Shown here piece by piece: positions 17,325-27,521 of a stretch of DNA of 64,000 nucleotides. The DNA lies in NCBI GenBank assembly GCA_038831915.1, contig JAWBKB010000002.1, forward strand, positions 64,001-128,000, read 5' to 3'. Both the position numbers and the translations under genes were made by a program. The notes beneath the pieces were generated by a model. It made no database searches and was not told the origin of the DNA. It worked only from the letters and a program-made list of their open reading frames with translations. Within the stretch, counting starts at the first letter, position 1. The number at the start of each line of letters is the position of its first letter. The DNA is from Candidatus Caldarchaeum sp. (GTDB taxonomy: Archaea > Thermoproteota > Nitrososphaeria_A > Caldarchaeales > Caldarchaeaceae).

Positions 17325-19511
17325 ATGCCGAGAGTTAAACGAATCTCTGAAGTTGTCGACATCCTGAAGAACAAAGACAACATTAGGAACATCGGAATCA
17401 TCGCCCACGTCGACCACGGAAAAACAACGACCTCGGACAGCCTGCTCGCCGCAGCCGGGCTTCTTTCTCCCTCACTCGCCGGACGAGCCCTGGCTCTTGA
17501 CTACTTGGAAGAAGAACAACAACGACAAATGACCATCAAAGCAGCCAACGTTTCGCTCTATTATGAAACAGACGGTAAGCAATACATTGTGAACTTGATC
17601 GACACGCCGGGACACGTGGATTTTTCGGGAAGGGTCACACGGGCTTTGCGAGCAATAGACGGAGCCATCGTGGTCGTCGACGCGGTAGAAGGAGTGATGA
17701 CCCAAACCGAGACAGTCATTCGACAGGCTTTGAGTGAAAGAGTAAGGCCTGTGCTTTACATAAACAAAATGGATAGGCTTGTGAAAGAGCTGCGGCTGCC
17801 GACGGAAAGAATACAGGAAACTTTGGCCCGAATTGTTCGCGACGTGAACAACCTCATCGAGATGTATGGTGAGCCTGAGCAGAGAGAGAAATGGAAGCTC
17901 AGCTTCGCTGATAACACTGTTGCTTTAGGCAGCTCAAAAGATCGATGGGGTTTCACGGTCAAACAGGCTCAGCAGAAAGGCATTAAATTCAGCGACGTAA
18001 TCGATGCTTTCAGTCGTGAAGACATCGACTGGCTTCGCCAGAAAACACCGTTGCATGAAGCGTTGCTGGAAATGGTAATTTCGAAACATCCGCCTCCACA
18101 CGTGGCGCAGAAGTACCGGATTTCAAAAATTTGGAAAGGAGATTTGGAAAGCGAAGTTGGTCAAGCTATGCTGGAATGTGATGAAAAAGGGCCCACTGTT
18201 ATGGCTGTGACAGACGTGCGGGTCGACCCACAGGCCGGCGTAGTAGCGACTGGCAGGCTTTTCAGCGGAACCATAAGCGAAGGAGACTCCGTCATCATCA
18301 TCGGGAGAAACATATCAGGCCGTGTTCAACAGGTCGGTGTTTACATGGGGCCCGCCAGGGAAATAGTTGGAAGTATTCCGGCTGGAAACATTCCAGCCAT
18401 TCTGGGACTCAGCGAAGTGCGTGCAGGAGACACACTTGGCTCGGTTGAAACCGTTCCCTTCGAATCGCTGAAGTACGTATCTGAGCCGGTTGTCACGATT
18501 TCGGTCGAGCCAAAGTACAGCAGAGACCTTCCGAAGCTCGTCGAATTCCTCAACAAACTATCCATCGAAGACCCAACACTTGTAGCAATCGTCAGACCTG
18601 AAACCGGTGAATACCTGATCAGCGGTATGGGCACTCTGCATCTAGAAATAGCGTTGACCTGGATACAGAAAGCAGGTCTCGAAATCGTTTCGGGCAGGCC
18701 GATCATCCTTTATCGTGAAACCATTCAGACGAAGGGCCGTGAATTCGAAGGAAAATCACCTAACAGGCACAACCGCATTTACACCATGGTTGAGCCGTTA
18801 GAACCCGAAATCATCGAGCTAATAAGAAAAGGTGAGCTTTTCGACGAAATGGACAGAAAACAGGTCGCAAAAATTCTGAGAGACCATGGATGGGATGCTG
18901 ATTTGGCGAGAAACGTCTGGGTTATCGACGGAAGAGGAAACATCTTAGTCGACGCGACAAAAGGTGCTCAGTATTTGCAGGAGTCAAAAATGATGATCAT
19001 AGGTGGATTTCAACGCGTGATGCAGGAAGGCCCGCTGGCGGCTGAAAACATGAGAGGTGTTAAAGCGATTTTGACACAGGTGGAGCTTCATGAAGACCCC
19101 GTGCACAGAGGATACGCCCAAATAGCCCCCGCCACATGGAGAAGTCTTTATGCGAGCGTTTTATCGGCTACTCCAACCTTGCTTGAACCAGTTCTAAAGA
19201 TCGAAGCCAAAGTCGCTCCAGAATTCATGGGAGCTGTGACATCAACGATAACCAGCAAAAGAGGCCGCGTGCTAGACGTCAAACAAGCCGAATACGTCAC
19301 GGTTGTTATCGGTGAAATTCCCGCCAGCGAAACCTTCGACCTCAGCGAAGCCATGAGAAGCGCCACGATGGGCAAAGCTTTCTGGGCCACTGAATTCAGT
19401 CAATGGAAACCAGTGCCAGCATCGATAAAGGACAAAGTCATTCAGGAAATCAGGAAAAGAAAAGGATTGCCGCCTGAATTACCGACGATATCACAATTCG
19501 TCGAAGAATAA
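17325..19511 (+). CDS. fusA: elongation factor EF-2
   Basis: AHVDHGKTT, DTPGHVDF, NKMD, diphthamide-site HEDPVHRG. Confidence 0.98.
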   Translation: MPRVKRISEVVDILKNKDNIRNIGIIAHVDHGKTTTSDSLLAAAGLLSPSLAGRALALDYLEEEQQRQMTIKAANVSLYYETDGKQYIVNLIDTPGHVDFSGRVTRALRAIDGAIVVVDAVEGVMTQTETVIRQALSERVRPVLYINKMDRLVKELRLPTERIQETLARIVRDVNNLIEMYGEPEQREKWKLSFADNTVALGSSKDRWGFTVKQAQQKGIKFSDVIDAFSREDIDWLRQKTPLHEALLEMVISKHPPPHVAQKYRISKIWKGDLESEVGQAMLECDEKGPTVMAVTDVRVDPQAGVVATGRLFSGTISEGDSVIIIGRNISGRVQQVGVYMGPAREIVGSIPAGNIPAILGLSEVRAGDTLGSVETVPFESLKYVSEPVVTISVEPKYSRDLPKLVEFLNKLSIEDPTLVAIVRPETGEYLISGMGTLHLEIALTWIQKAGLEIVSGRPIILYRETIQTKGREFEGKSPNRHNRIYTMVEPLEPEIIELIRKGELFDEMDRKQVAKILRDHGWDADLARNVWVIDGRGNILVDATKGAQYLQESKMMIIGGFQRVMQEGPLAAENMRGVKAILTQVELHEDPVHRGYAQIAPATWRSLYASVLSATPTLLEPVLKIEAKVAPEFMGAVTSTITSKRGRVLDVKQAEYVTVVIGEIPASETFDLSEAMRSATMGKAFWATEFSQWKPVPASIKDKVIQEIRKRKGLPPELPTISQFVEE

Positions 19512-19513
19512 AT

Positions 19514-20416
19514 TCAAGATTTTTCTGTTTTCTTTATCAAGACATTCCACGTCGATTCGTCTTCCATCAAAAGCTTCATTTCTTCGAACGTCAGCTTCTC
19601 CCCATGCGAAAGCTTTTCCATCGCCCTTGTCTTGATTTTTTCCTTCATCATGTATTCCCTTGTCCTTATTTCAAGTTCACGCGACTTTTTGACAAATTCC
19701 TGCAACTCCACAAGCCGTGAAATCATCAGGATTTCCTCAGCTTCACACATCTGAGCCTTCTTCTTCATCTCGAGAAAAGTATTGTGATGTGTGTCAGCTT
19801 CGGGCTTAAGCTGCTGAATTAAATCTTTAACAGACTGAATTGCGTGTTTCGCGGCTTGAAGCTCCTCTTTTTTCTGTTTGATTTTTTCTCGAAGAGCTCT
19901 GGCTTCTTCATATAGCGGAGCAGTTGAATTGTTTAGTTCCCGAAGTTTTTCGGCCACTCCTTCGCGTTTCTGCACTTCCGCTAAAAGCTTGTTCAGGTGA
20001 CGAAGTTCTTCGTAGATTTTCTTCTCTTCCTCAGGTCGGAGAATTTCAGTTTCAACCCTCTGTTCAAGATCACGTATACGTCGTATGATTTCCTGACCGG
20101 TGTATCCTTTAGCGTTGTCAGCTATTTGTGTGGATAAAATTGTTTGCTTCTCCAACCTTTTTTCGTTAATTTTCTTAACTACTTCGTCGAGCCGTGCACG
20201 CAGCTCGGCCAACTCAGACCGAAGCTGTGAAACTCGCTCTAGATAGGATGAATTTTTTTCCTTTATTTCTTTAATCCGCGCATGAATTTTATCCCTCTTT
20301 TCAAGTGCCTTCTGGGCTTCTTCTTCGTATTCAGCTTTCTTCTTCCGCAGCTCAGCGAGCCTAGCTCGTATTTGGTAAATTTCCTCCTCGACCGCCGAAA
20401 CGTTTTCTTCAGTCAC
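19514..20416 (-). CDS. archaeal coiled-coil protein (COG1340-like)
   Basis: Continuous heptads, ETEILRPEEEKKI, C-terminal GEKLTFEEM typical of the family. Confidence 0.8.
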   Translation of the reverse strand: MTEENVSAVEEEIYQIRARLAELRKKKAEYEEEAQKALEKRDKIHARIKEIKEKNSSYLERVSQLRSELAELRARLDEVVKKINEKRLEKQTILSTQIADNAKGYTGQEIIRRIRDLEQRVETEILRPEEEKKIYEELRHLNKLLAEVQKREGVAEKLRELNNSTAPLYEEARALREKIKQKKEELQAAKHAIQSVKDLIQQLKPEADTHHNTFLEMKKKAQMCEAEEILMISRLVELQEFVKKSRELEIRTREYMMKEKIKTRAMEKLSHGEKLTFEEMKLLMEDESTWNVLIKKTEKS

Positions 20417-21186
20417 TGTAGCTCAACCTCACCTTCACCGTATATACGTGTAAGAGTCGCGAAAAGCTCGTTGAACCCTTCGAACGTTCTGGACGAAACA
20501 GCTATGAGGGGGACGCTGTTTGACAATTCCCACAAGCTTTCCACGATTTCACGTGAAAGAGTGAGCTGCAGCTCGTTCAGCGACCCTGCTGCATGGGTTG
20601 GAAATGAGTCCTCCGTTTCATGCCAGCGAAGGATCCGTGCAATATAACGGGCTGGCACAGCGTCAACTCTGCTCAACAAGTTAACAGCGGGAAGGCCCAG
20701 TGAAAGAGTTGTCGAAACAGAAAGGAAAAGCGAAGCAGCATAGTTACGCGGACTCGTGCAAAGTAAAGCATCCATCAAAAACAGAAGGAGTTTTCTTCCG
20801 TTCGACAGTTTTTTAGCGATAATCCTTCCCTCTTTTCTGAAGGCGAAAAGTTCAAGCTGGCCAGGTGTGTCCACCAGAATCCATTCGGCGTTTATTTCTT
20901 CGACGGTGCTCGCTATTTCTTCGATGTTTCTCGTAGCTTCTCTGACCGAGGCGATCAAGGCTCCGTTAGGCCCAAGGCTTTTCGAAGCCATTATCCTTTC
21001 ATAGTCAACAAATTCTCGAACGTCCACATCTGGGTCGTATGGGAGAGTTATTGCAGCAGGGTCCATGTTAACGGTGGCCGATGTTTGACCATGGTCTCTC
21101 AACCATTCGGCGAACACACCTGCCAACGATGACTTACCCGAGCCAGCTGTTCCAACCACGAAAATTATCCGGCTGATGTCAATCAA
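20413..21186 (-). CDS. GPN-loop GTPase
   Basis: GTAGSGKS, VNMDPA, LGPNG, DTPGQLE. Confidence 0.93.
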   Translation of the reverse strand: MIDISRIIFVVGTAGSGKSSLAGVFAEWLRDHGQTSATVNMDPAAITLPYDPDVDVREFVDYERIMASKSLGPNGALIASVREATRNIEEIASTVEEINAEWILVDTPGQLELFAFRKEGRIIAKKLSNGRKLLLFLMDALLCTSPRNYAASLFLSVSTTLSLGLPAVNLLSRVDAVPARYIARILRWHETEDSFPTHAAGSLNELQLTLSREIVESLWELSNSVPLIAVSSRTFEGFNELFATLTRIYGEGEVELQ

Positions 21187-21273
21187 AGTTACCTAACTCC
21201 TCTCTCCCACTGAGAATGACGCTATTTAGACTTTCCCGACAAAATTAATACGCCTTGTTCACAGCAAGCAAAC

Positions 21274-21420
21274 ATGGAAAAAGCAGTTGAGAAACTTCTC
21301 CGAATAGCCGGAATAGAGTACCGCGATGTAAAGAATCGATTTGACGACAGCGCTTGGAAGAACATAGAAATTCTTGAAGAACTACTCGAGGTTGTCGAAG
21401 ATGATGACAGGCCATTTTGA
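21274..21420 (+). CDS. unlisted 48 aa helical protein preceding the amidase (GatC/AtzG-like partner)
   Basis: MEKAVEKLLRIAGIEYRDVKNRFDDSAWKNIEILEELLEVVEDDDRPF*; TTAATA about 25 nt upstream; overlaps the amidase start. Confidence 0.65.
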   Translation: MEKAVEKLLRIAGIEYRDVKNRFDDSAWKNIEILEELLEVVEDDDRPF

Positions 21421-22729
21421 GGCCGCGGAAGAGCTGAGTAAAATTTTGAAATCCAGACGATTTGACGCGGTTGAAAGATGGGAGAAACAGCGTAAAAAGA
21501 TTCTTGAACTTAACCCGTTGGTTAACGCTTACATAACTGTTTTCGACAAACCGTTATGCCGTAAAGATTTCCGGAAAAGACTTTTGAGGGGTTTGACCGT
21601 TGCCGTTAAAGATGTTTTCCATGTCAGCGGTTATCCGACGACAGCTGGGTCCAAGCTTTTCGCCAACCGTGTTTCCAGTCACACGGCCCCAGTCGTCGAA
21701 AAGCTTTTGGAGGCGGGGGCGGCGGTCAACGGAAAAACAAATCTGCATGAATTCGCATTTGGAGTCTCAAACATCAATCCTCATTTCGGCGCTTGCAAAA
21801 ATCCGTTTGATTTGGCTCGTGTTTCAGGCGGTTCGAGCGGAGGCTCGGCTGTGGCTGTTGCATTAGGAATGTGTGATATCGGTCTAGGTACCGACACGGC
21901 TGGCTCGGTTAGAATTCCAGCTTCGTTCTGCGGTGTTGTCGGATTCAAGCCATCCATCGGTTCTTTAAGCACAGAAGGAGTTATACCGCTTAGCTGGAGC
22001 CTTGACCACGTCGGAACACTTTCAAGAAGCGTTTGGGAAACCGCAGTCGCCTACGCAGTGATGACGAACAAGGTCAAAGAAATATCCAAAATAACGCCAG
22101 CAAAGCTCGAACGGCTGAAAATCGGAGTTCCCATCAACTATTTCCTGGAATATCTCTCTCATGATGTGAGAGAAATGTTTGAACAAAGCCTGAAAAAAAT
22201 GGAAGCCAAGGGAGCTGAATTGGTTGACATACATGTTCCAGATGTCGAAAAAGCAGTTAGGTGTCGGACGGTCATAGGTTTTGCAGAATCATCGGCCTAT
22301 CACCTCGGTGTATGCAAAGGCAATCTCGCGGTTTACGGAGAAGATGTAAAACAAAGAATAGTGGCAGGGCTGTCAATCACTGCAGTAGGATATCTAACCG
22401 CGTTAAGGGCTAGGAAAAAACTCGTCGCTAAGTTCCGACAGGTTTTCAACCAAGTTGACGTTTTGGCAACTCCGACAACGACGATAACGGCTCACCGAAT
22501 CGATGAACAAGAAATAGACGTAGACGGCAAAATAATAAATGTCCGTGCAGCAACTCTCAGGAACACCGAGCCATTCAACCTATACGGTGTACCCTCGATC
22601 AGCATCCCCATGGGCTTTTCAAGCAAAGGATTACCTACCGGACTTCAGCTAGTCGCTGATTTCGGCGAAGACTTCAAACTTCTAGGCATCGCCTACGGTG
22701 TTGAGAAGCTCTTCAAGACTTCGAGCTAA
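21401..22729 (+). CDS. amidase signature family enzyme (GatA/AtzE-like)
   Basis: AVKD, GKTNLHEFA, GGSSGGS, GTDTAGSVRIPA; ATG 21401 or 21404 preferred over TTG 21374. Confidence 0.93.
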   Translation: MMTGHFEAAEELSKILKSRRFDAVERWEKQRKKILELNPLVNAYITVFDKPLCRKDFRKRLLRGLTVAVKDVFHVSGYPTTAGSKLFANRVSSHTAPVVEKLLEAGAAVNGKTNLHEFAFGVSNINPHFGACKNPFDLARVSGGSSGGSAVAVALGMCDIGLGTDTAGSVRIPASFCGVVGFKPSIGSLSTEGVIPLSWSLDHVGTLSRSVWETAVAYAVMTNKVKEISKITPAKLERLKIGVPINYFLEYLSHDVREMFEQSLKKMEAKGAELVDIHVPDVEKAVRCRTVIGFAESSAYHLGVCKGNLAVYGEDVKQRIVAGLSITAVGYLTALRARKKLVAKFRQVFNQVDVLATPTTTITAHRIDEQEIDVDGKIINVRAATLRNTEPFNLYGVPSISIPMGFSSKGLPTGLQLVADFGEDFKLLGIAYGVEKLFKTSS

Positions 22730-22916
22730 GCCACCATTCGAGATATTCTTCTCGTTTCTTCCTTTTCCTGTCTGCCTCGAATTTGCTGTTAAATCTTTTC
22801 TCCCGGTCAATCAACAAATCCTGAGACGTGTAGGTTCCCCCGCATCCTGTACACGTGTAGGTCCTGGTTTCGCGGTCGTAGACGAGACTAGCTCCACATT
22901 CAAAGCATAGGGCCAT
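22713..22916 (-). CDS. small zinc-ribbon protein
   Basis: CxxC...CxxC followed by a charged helix and EYLEWWLS. Confidence 0.75.
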   Translation of the reverse strand: MALCFECGASLVYDRETRTYTCTGCGGTYTSQDLLIDREKRFNSKFEADRKRKKREEYLEWWLSSKS

Positions 22917-23014
22917 CGGCTTCGTTGACTAGCTATCCGTGCCGTATATAGGTTTAAGCCTACGCTAACTTTATTTAATCCCCGTCTCGTCTGATGTAGC
23001 AGGTGCATTAAGAA

Positions 23015-23749
23015 ATGGCTTTAGGCATGACGGGTGCCTATGACAGAGCGATCACGGTTTTTTCACCTCAGGGCCGTCTTTACCAAGTTGAATACGCTTT
23101 AGAAACTGTCCGGTCAGGGTCGACGGCATTGTCGCTGGTCTGTAACGAAGGTGTTGTTTTGGCTGTTGAGGAAAGGATGCATACCAAGCTGCAGAACCCT
23201 GATTTTTCTTGGAAAATTTTCCAGATAGACGAACACATTGGAGCCGCCACTGCCGGGCTTAATTCAGACGCCAGAGTTTTGGTTGACAACGCACGCGTCT
23301 ACGCTCAAACACTTCGGCTATCATACGACGAAGAACCGTTGGTCGAAGCTGTTGCACGCCGTGTTGGGGACATCATGCAAATCTACACCCAGCATGCAGG
23401 CGTGAGACCCTTTGGAACGGCGCTCCTCATCGGAGGAGTCGATAAAACAGGGCCACGGCTTTTCTACGCAGAACCCAGTGGCCTAATTCTCGAATACAAC
23501 GCATGGGCCATCGGAAGAGGAGCTGAAAAAGTAAGGGAGCTCTTCGAAAACAACTACAATCGTTCGATGACTCTTCAAGCAGGCGTGGAGCTCAGCCTCA
23601 GAGCATTAGTAGAATCCGTTGACAAAATCGAAGAGGGCTGGACGGTCCGGCTTGTCACAATCCCAATAACGACCAAGAAATACACGATGAAGCCTCAGTC
23701 GGAGCTTTTACCGATTCTTAATGATTTGCTCAAGTCTAAGAAACAGTAG
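23015..23749 (+). CDS. psmA: proteasome subunit alpha
   Basis: YDRAITVFSPQGRLYQVEYA, GVRPFG. Confidence 0.97.
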   Translation: MALGMTGAYDRAITVFSPQGRLYQVEYALETVRSGSTALSLVCNEGVVLAVEERMHTKLQNPDFSWKIFQIDEHIGAATAGLNSDARVLVDNARVYAQTLRLSYDEEPLVEAVARRVGDIMQIYTQHAGVRPFGTALLIGGVDKTGPRLFYAEPSGLILEYNAWAIGRGAEKVRELFENNYNRSMTLQAGVELSLRALVESVDKIEEGWTVRLVTIPITTKKYTMKPQSELLPILNDLLKSKKQ

Positions 23750-23760
23750 TTGAGCAAAGA

Positions 23761-24459
23761 ATGCCTAAACAGAAAGAGACGTACACAATCGCTAGGCTCG
23801 GCGTAGGAGAAACCACTTTCGAAATTCTCGTCGACCCAGACAACGCACTCAAATACAAAATGGGCGAGAAAATCCCAATCTCGAAGATACTGGTCTATGA
23901 CGAGGTTTTCAAAGACTGGAAAAAAGGAATAAGGGCGTCAGAGGCGGATTTGAAGAAATCCTTCGGCATCACCGATGTTAGGCAGGTTGCTGAGAAAATT
24001 ATGTCCGAGGGGGAAGTATTGATCACAGCTGAACAGCGGCGGCGACTCATCGAGGAGAAGAAGCGTCAAATCATCGACTTTATTTCGAGAAACGCTATTG
24101 ACCCGAGGACCAATGCTCCTCATCCGCCCCAGAGAATCGAGCTTGCGTTGGAGCAGGTGGGATTATCCATCGACCCGTTTTGCGACCCGAAGCAGGAGGC
24201 GATGAAGGCGGTTGAAAGACTCCGGAAAATTCTGCCGCTGAAAATCGGTAACGTGCGTGTTGAAATCAGGGTTGCGGGTGAATTCGTTGGAAAGGTTTAC
24301 GGATTGATACGTAGCATGGGAACGATGGTCGAAGAAGGATGGCTTGGGGACGGAAGCTGGCGATGTCTAGCCGAAATTCCAACAGGTTTACATGCGGACC
24401 TCGTCGACCGACTGAACAAAATCTGCGGCGGAAGGGTGGAGATTAAGCCGGTGACTTAA
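23761..24459 (+). CDS. ribosome maturation protein SBDS/Sdo1
   Basis: FEILVDP, IDPRTNAPHPPQRIE. Confidence 0.95.
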   Translation: MPKQKETYTIARLGVGETTFEILVDPDNALKYKMGEKIPISKILVYDEVFKDWKKGIRASEADLKKSFGITDVRQVAEKIMSEGEVLITAEQRRRLIEEKKRQIIDFISRNAIDPRTNAPHPPQRIELALEQVGLSIDPFCDPKQEAMKAVERLRKILPLKIGNVRVEIRVAGEFVGKVYGLIRSMGTMVEEGWLGDGSWRCLAEIPTGLHADLVDRLNKICGGRVEIKPVT

Positions 24460-25116
24460 ATGATGTACGTGCCTGAAAACGAGTTGGTTGTCCCGGGTCA
24501 GCTGCTTTCCGACAACTCTAGGCGAAGCGGGTTCGGAACCTATACACGTGACGGCAAAGTATATGCATCAGTAATGGGGTTTGCACGAGTAATCAACGGT
24601 CAGCTCCGAATCATACCCGTCGGAGGAAGATACCGTCCTCAAAGAGGAGACAAAGTCGTGGGCATAGTTTCAGACGTTAAGCCCAACGTTGTCGAAGTAG
24701 AAATAGGTGGAGAAACAATTGCTATGATAAAGCCTTCCGAACGAGAAACAACTCCGCTCAAAATAGACATAGGCGACTGCATCTACGCAGAGGTCAAATC
24801 AACAGGCTTGAAGGGAATAGTCTTGTCAAACGAAGGCCTCCAAAAAGTTCCTTCAGGACTTTTGATAAGCATCAACGCGGCAAAAGTCCCGCGACTGATT
24901 GGTAGGAAGGGCTCAATGCTGCAAATACTACGTAAAGAGACGGGGTGTGATTTCTGGGTGGGACGCAACGGATTACTTGTTGTTAATGGCCCCGACCCGG
25001 CCAGTGAATTCGCGGCTGTTGCCGCAATCAACTTAATTGAACGAGAGGCTCATACCGTTGGGTTGACGGAAAGAGTGATTCAGTTTTTAAAGCGTTTAAA
25101 AAATCAAGGTGGTTAG
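24460..25116 (+). CDS. rrp4: exosome RNA-binding subunit Rrp4
   Basis: [17 protein letters not shown]1 domain, [14 protein letters not shown] domain. Confidence 0.95.
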   Translation: MMYVPENELVVPGQLLSDNSRRSGFGTYTRDGKVYASVMGFARVINGQLRIIPVGGRYRPQRGDKVVGIVSDVKPNVVEVEIGGETIAMIKPSERETTPLKIDIGDCIYAEVKSTGLKGIVLSNEGLQKVPSGLLISINAAKVPRLIGRKGSMLQILRKETGCDFWVGRNGLLVVNGPDPASEFAAVAAINLIEREAHTVGLTERVIQFLKRLKNQGG

Positions 25117-25840
25117 TTTGCGTCTGATTGATGAAAACGGGTTGAGAGTTGATGGAAGAAAACCGGACGAATTGCGTAAGCTCCGCATCGAGGTAGGTGT
25201 TCTAGAGAAGACCGACGGCTCGGCTTATGTTGAGCTAGGGGGCACCAAAATCTACGCCGGAGTTATCGGCCCGAGGGAAGTGCATCCCAAACATCTTGAG
25301 CTCCCCGACAGAGCTGTGATCAACTGCCGCTACCACATGGCTTCTTTCAGCGTCGACGAAAGAAAACCTCTTGGAATGACTCGGAGAGAAATCGAGCTTT
25401 CCAAAGTTTTGCGAGAAGCCGTCGAAACGGTTGTCTTTCTCGAAGAGTTTCCGCGGATGATGATCGACATCTTCGTTGAGGTGATACAGGCTGACGGTGG
25501 AACAAGAACGGCAGGAATTACCGCCGCTTCCCTAGCTCTTGCTGACGCTGGTGTTCCCATGGCGGATTTAATAGCCGCGGTTGCTGTTGGAAAAGTCGAC
25601 GGAACCCTAGTTCTTGACATCAACGAGACGGAGGATAAATACGGCGAAGCAGACATGCCAGTCGCCATGGCTCCCCAGCTTAACTCCATCGTTCTGCTCC
25701 AGCTAAACGGCAGAATGACACCGGAGGAAATCGACAAAGGCCTCAGCATGGCCCAGTCAGCGATTAAGAAAATTTACCAAATGCAGGTCGATGCTCTAAA
25801 AAGACGTTACAAAGTTGAACCAGAAGGGTTGGAGACATGA
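25109..25840 (+). CDS. rrp41: exosome exonuclease Rrp41
   Basis: [31 protein letters not shown]. Confidence 0.97.
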   Translation: MVSLRLIDENGLRVDGRKPDELRKLRIEVGVLEKTDGSAYVELGGTKIYAGVIGPREVHPKHLELPDRAVINCRYHMASFSVDERKPLGMTRREIELSKVLREAVETVVFLEEFPRMMIDIFVEVIQADGGTRTAGITAASLALADAGVPMADLIAAVAVGKVDGTLVLDINETEDKYGEADMPVAMAPQLNSIVLLQLNGRMTPEEIDKGLSMAQSAIKKIYQMQVDALKRRYKVEPEGLET

Positions 25841-26664
25841 GCTTCGGATTTGAGAAACGAGGCTATGGAATCAAAATCATGAAAAACAAGGTCTACGAGT
25901 TGCTTAAGCTAGGTAAACGAATCGATGAACGCGACCCGCTGGCTTTCCGTGAAATCAGCATGTCAACTAACGTGGTGGACAAAGCCGATGGCTCCGCCCT
26001 CGTTTCACTAGGTAAAACAAAAATCTTGACAGGCATCAAAGTTGAGGTCGGCTCGCCTTACCCCGACAGACCAAACGAAGGTGTTTTCACTGTTAACGCA
26101 GAATTGTTACCTCTTGCTTCGAAATCTTTCGAGCCAGGGCCGCCCGATGAAAGAGCTATAGAGCTTTCACGCATCGTCGACAGGGTCATCAGGGAAAGCA
26201 AAGCGATTGAAGTCGAGAAATTATCAATAGTGCCTAGCCAGAAAGTTTACATGCTTTACATCGACTGCTACGTGTTAGATTATGACGGTAACTATTTCGA
26301 CGCCGCTGTTTTATCAGCTGTCGCAGCTCTCGCTAACACGAAGTTACCTGTGTACAGGTTTGTTAACGATCGAATTGAATTAGTTCCCGGTGAGAAGATA
26401 CAGGTTCCATTGAGAACGTATCCCGTCAGCGTGACTATGGGCGTGATCAGGGACAAAATTGTGGTAGACCCGTTGCCGGCGGAGGAAGAAGTTGCCGACA
26501 CTTTGGTTACATTAGGTTATGACTCTTTTGGATACGTTTCTGCGGTTCAGAAAAGCGCCCCGGGTCTTTTGAACGTCGAGGTGTTTAAACAAATGGTTCA
26601 AATTGGGCTTTCGAAGTCAGAAGAGCTTAGAAAGAGGTTGCTGGAGGTGATACCGGTTGGTTAA
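25837..26664 (+). CDS. rrp42: exosome subunit Rrp42
   Basis: RNase PH fold, [13 protein letters not shown]. Confidence 0.96.
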   Translation: MSFGFEKRGYGIKIMKNKVYELLKLGKRIDERDPLAFREISMSTNVVDKADGSALVSLGKTKILTGIKVEVGSPYPDRPNEGVFTVNAELLPLASKSFEPGPPDERAIELSRIVDRVIRESKAIEVEKLSIVPSQKVYMLYIDCYVLDYDGNYFDAAVLSAVAALANTKLPVYRFVNDRIELVPGEKIQVPLRTYPVSVTMGVIRDKIVVDPLPAEEEVADTLVTLGYDSFGYVSAVQKSAPGLLNVEVFKQMVQIGLSKSEELRKRLLEVIPVG

Positions 26665-26878
26665 GACGAAGCTTGGCATCGCTAAGGGGCTTGGAGCTAG
26701 ATACGGTTCAACGGTAAGGAAGAAATGGGCTGAGGTTGTTACTGCGGCTCGCTCCAAATATCCATGTGAGAAATGTGGCGCTGTAAAGGTGCGGCGAATA
26801 TCTGTCGGCATATGGCAGTGCGAAAGATGCGGATTTAAATTCGCGGGGCAGGCTTACACTCCGAAAGCGGAGAAATAG
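26657..26878 (+). CDS. rpl37ae: 50S ribosomal protein L37Ae (eL43)
   Basis: GARYG, CEKC...GIWQCERC, FAGQAY. Confidence 0.96.
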   Translation: MVKTKLGIAKGLGARYGSTVRKKWAEVVTAARSKYPCEKCGAVKVRRISVGIWQCERCGFKFAGQAYTPKAEK

Positions 26879-27133
26879 TTGGCGCCCGTCAGGCTTAACT
26901 TTTCAGTGAAAACGTTTCCTAAGCTTGCGGCGATACTCTATAAAAGCATCAAGCCCGAAATAGAATCGATAAAGTCTTCGCGGTCAAAGGCGTCTGTGAC
27001 GCTTCAAGGTGACGAGATTGTCTTCTCCATCGAATCTATGGATATGGTCGCTGCGAGGGCGGCGGCCAACACAGTAATAAGGCTGCTCAACACGTCTTTC
27101 CAGACGGTAGAGGTGCTTCAAAATGTCAGGTAG
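26879..27133 (+). CDS. pcc1: KEOPS complex subunit Pcc1
   Basis: YKSIKPE, RS, RAAANT; usual position in the exosome superoperon. Confidence 0.85.
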   Translation: MAPVRLNFSVKTFPKLAAILYKSIKPEIESIKSSRSKASVTLQGDEIVFSIESMDMVAARAAANTVIRLLNTSFQTVEVLQNVR

Positions 27134-27488
27134 AGAAATTCCACCAAGCGTCCAGCAACAGGTTTTGAGGCTTCAACAGCTTCAGCAAAGCCTAGCCCTT
27201 CTTCTTTCGGAGAAACAGCGAATCGAAGCAGAGCTGGCGGAAGTGAGCACTGCCCTTGAGGAAGTAAACAAAATGGATGATGTCGCAGTCGTTTACAAGG
27301 CGGTAGGACCTGTTCTGGTTCAGACCACCAAAACAAAGATTGTCGCAGAACTGACTGAAAGAAAGGAACTTGCCGACACTCGTTTAAAGGTCATCGAAAG
27401 ACAGGAATCACGGGCCCGAGCTCAGATTGAAAGCCTTCAGAAAGAGGTGCAGAAGCTTCTGTCAGGAGGTCAACCGTCTTCTCAGTAG
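27123..27488 (+). CDS. pfdB: prefoldin subunit beta
   Basis: IPP, coiled coils flanking VYKAVGPVLV. Confidence 0.95.
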   Translation: MSGREIPPSVQQQVLRLQQLQQSLALLLSEKQRIEAELAEVSTALEEVNKMDDVAVVYKAVGPVLVQTTKTKIVAELTERKELADTRLKVIERQESRARAQIESLQKEVQKLLSGGQPSSQ

Positions 27489-27521
27489 TCAAATAGGGTT
27501 TAAAGCTTAAACTAGCCTTTC

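Noticed and set aside
21401-22729. Calling the amidase GatA
   Set aside because: LHEFAFG and GTDTAGSVRIP fit general amidases, and no gatB is adjacent
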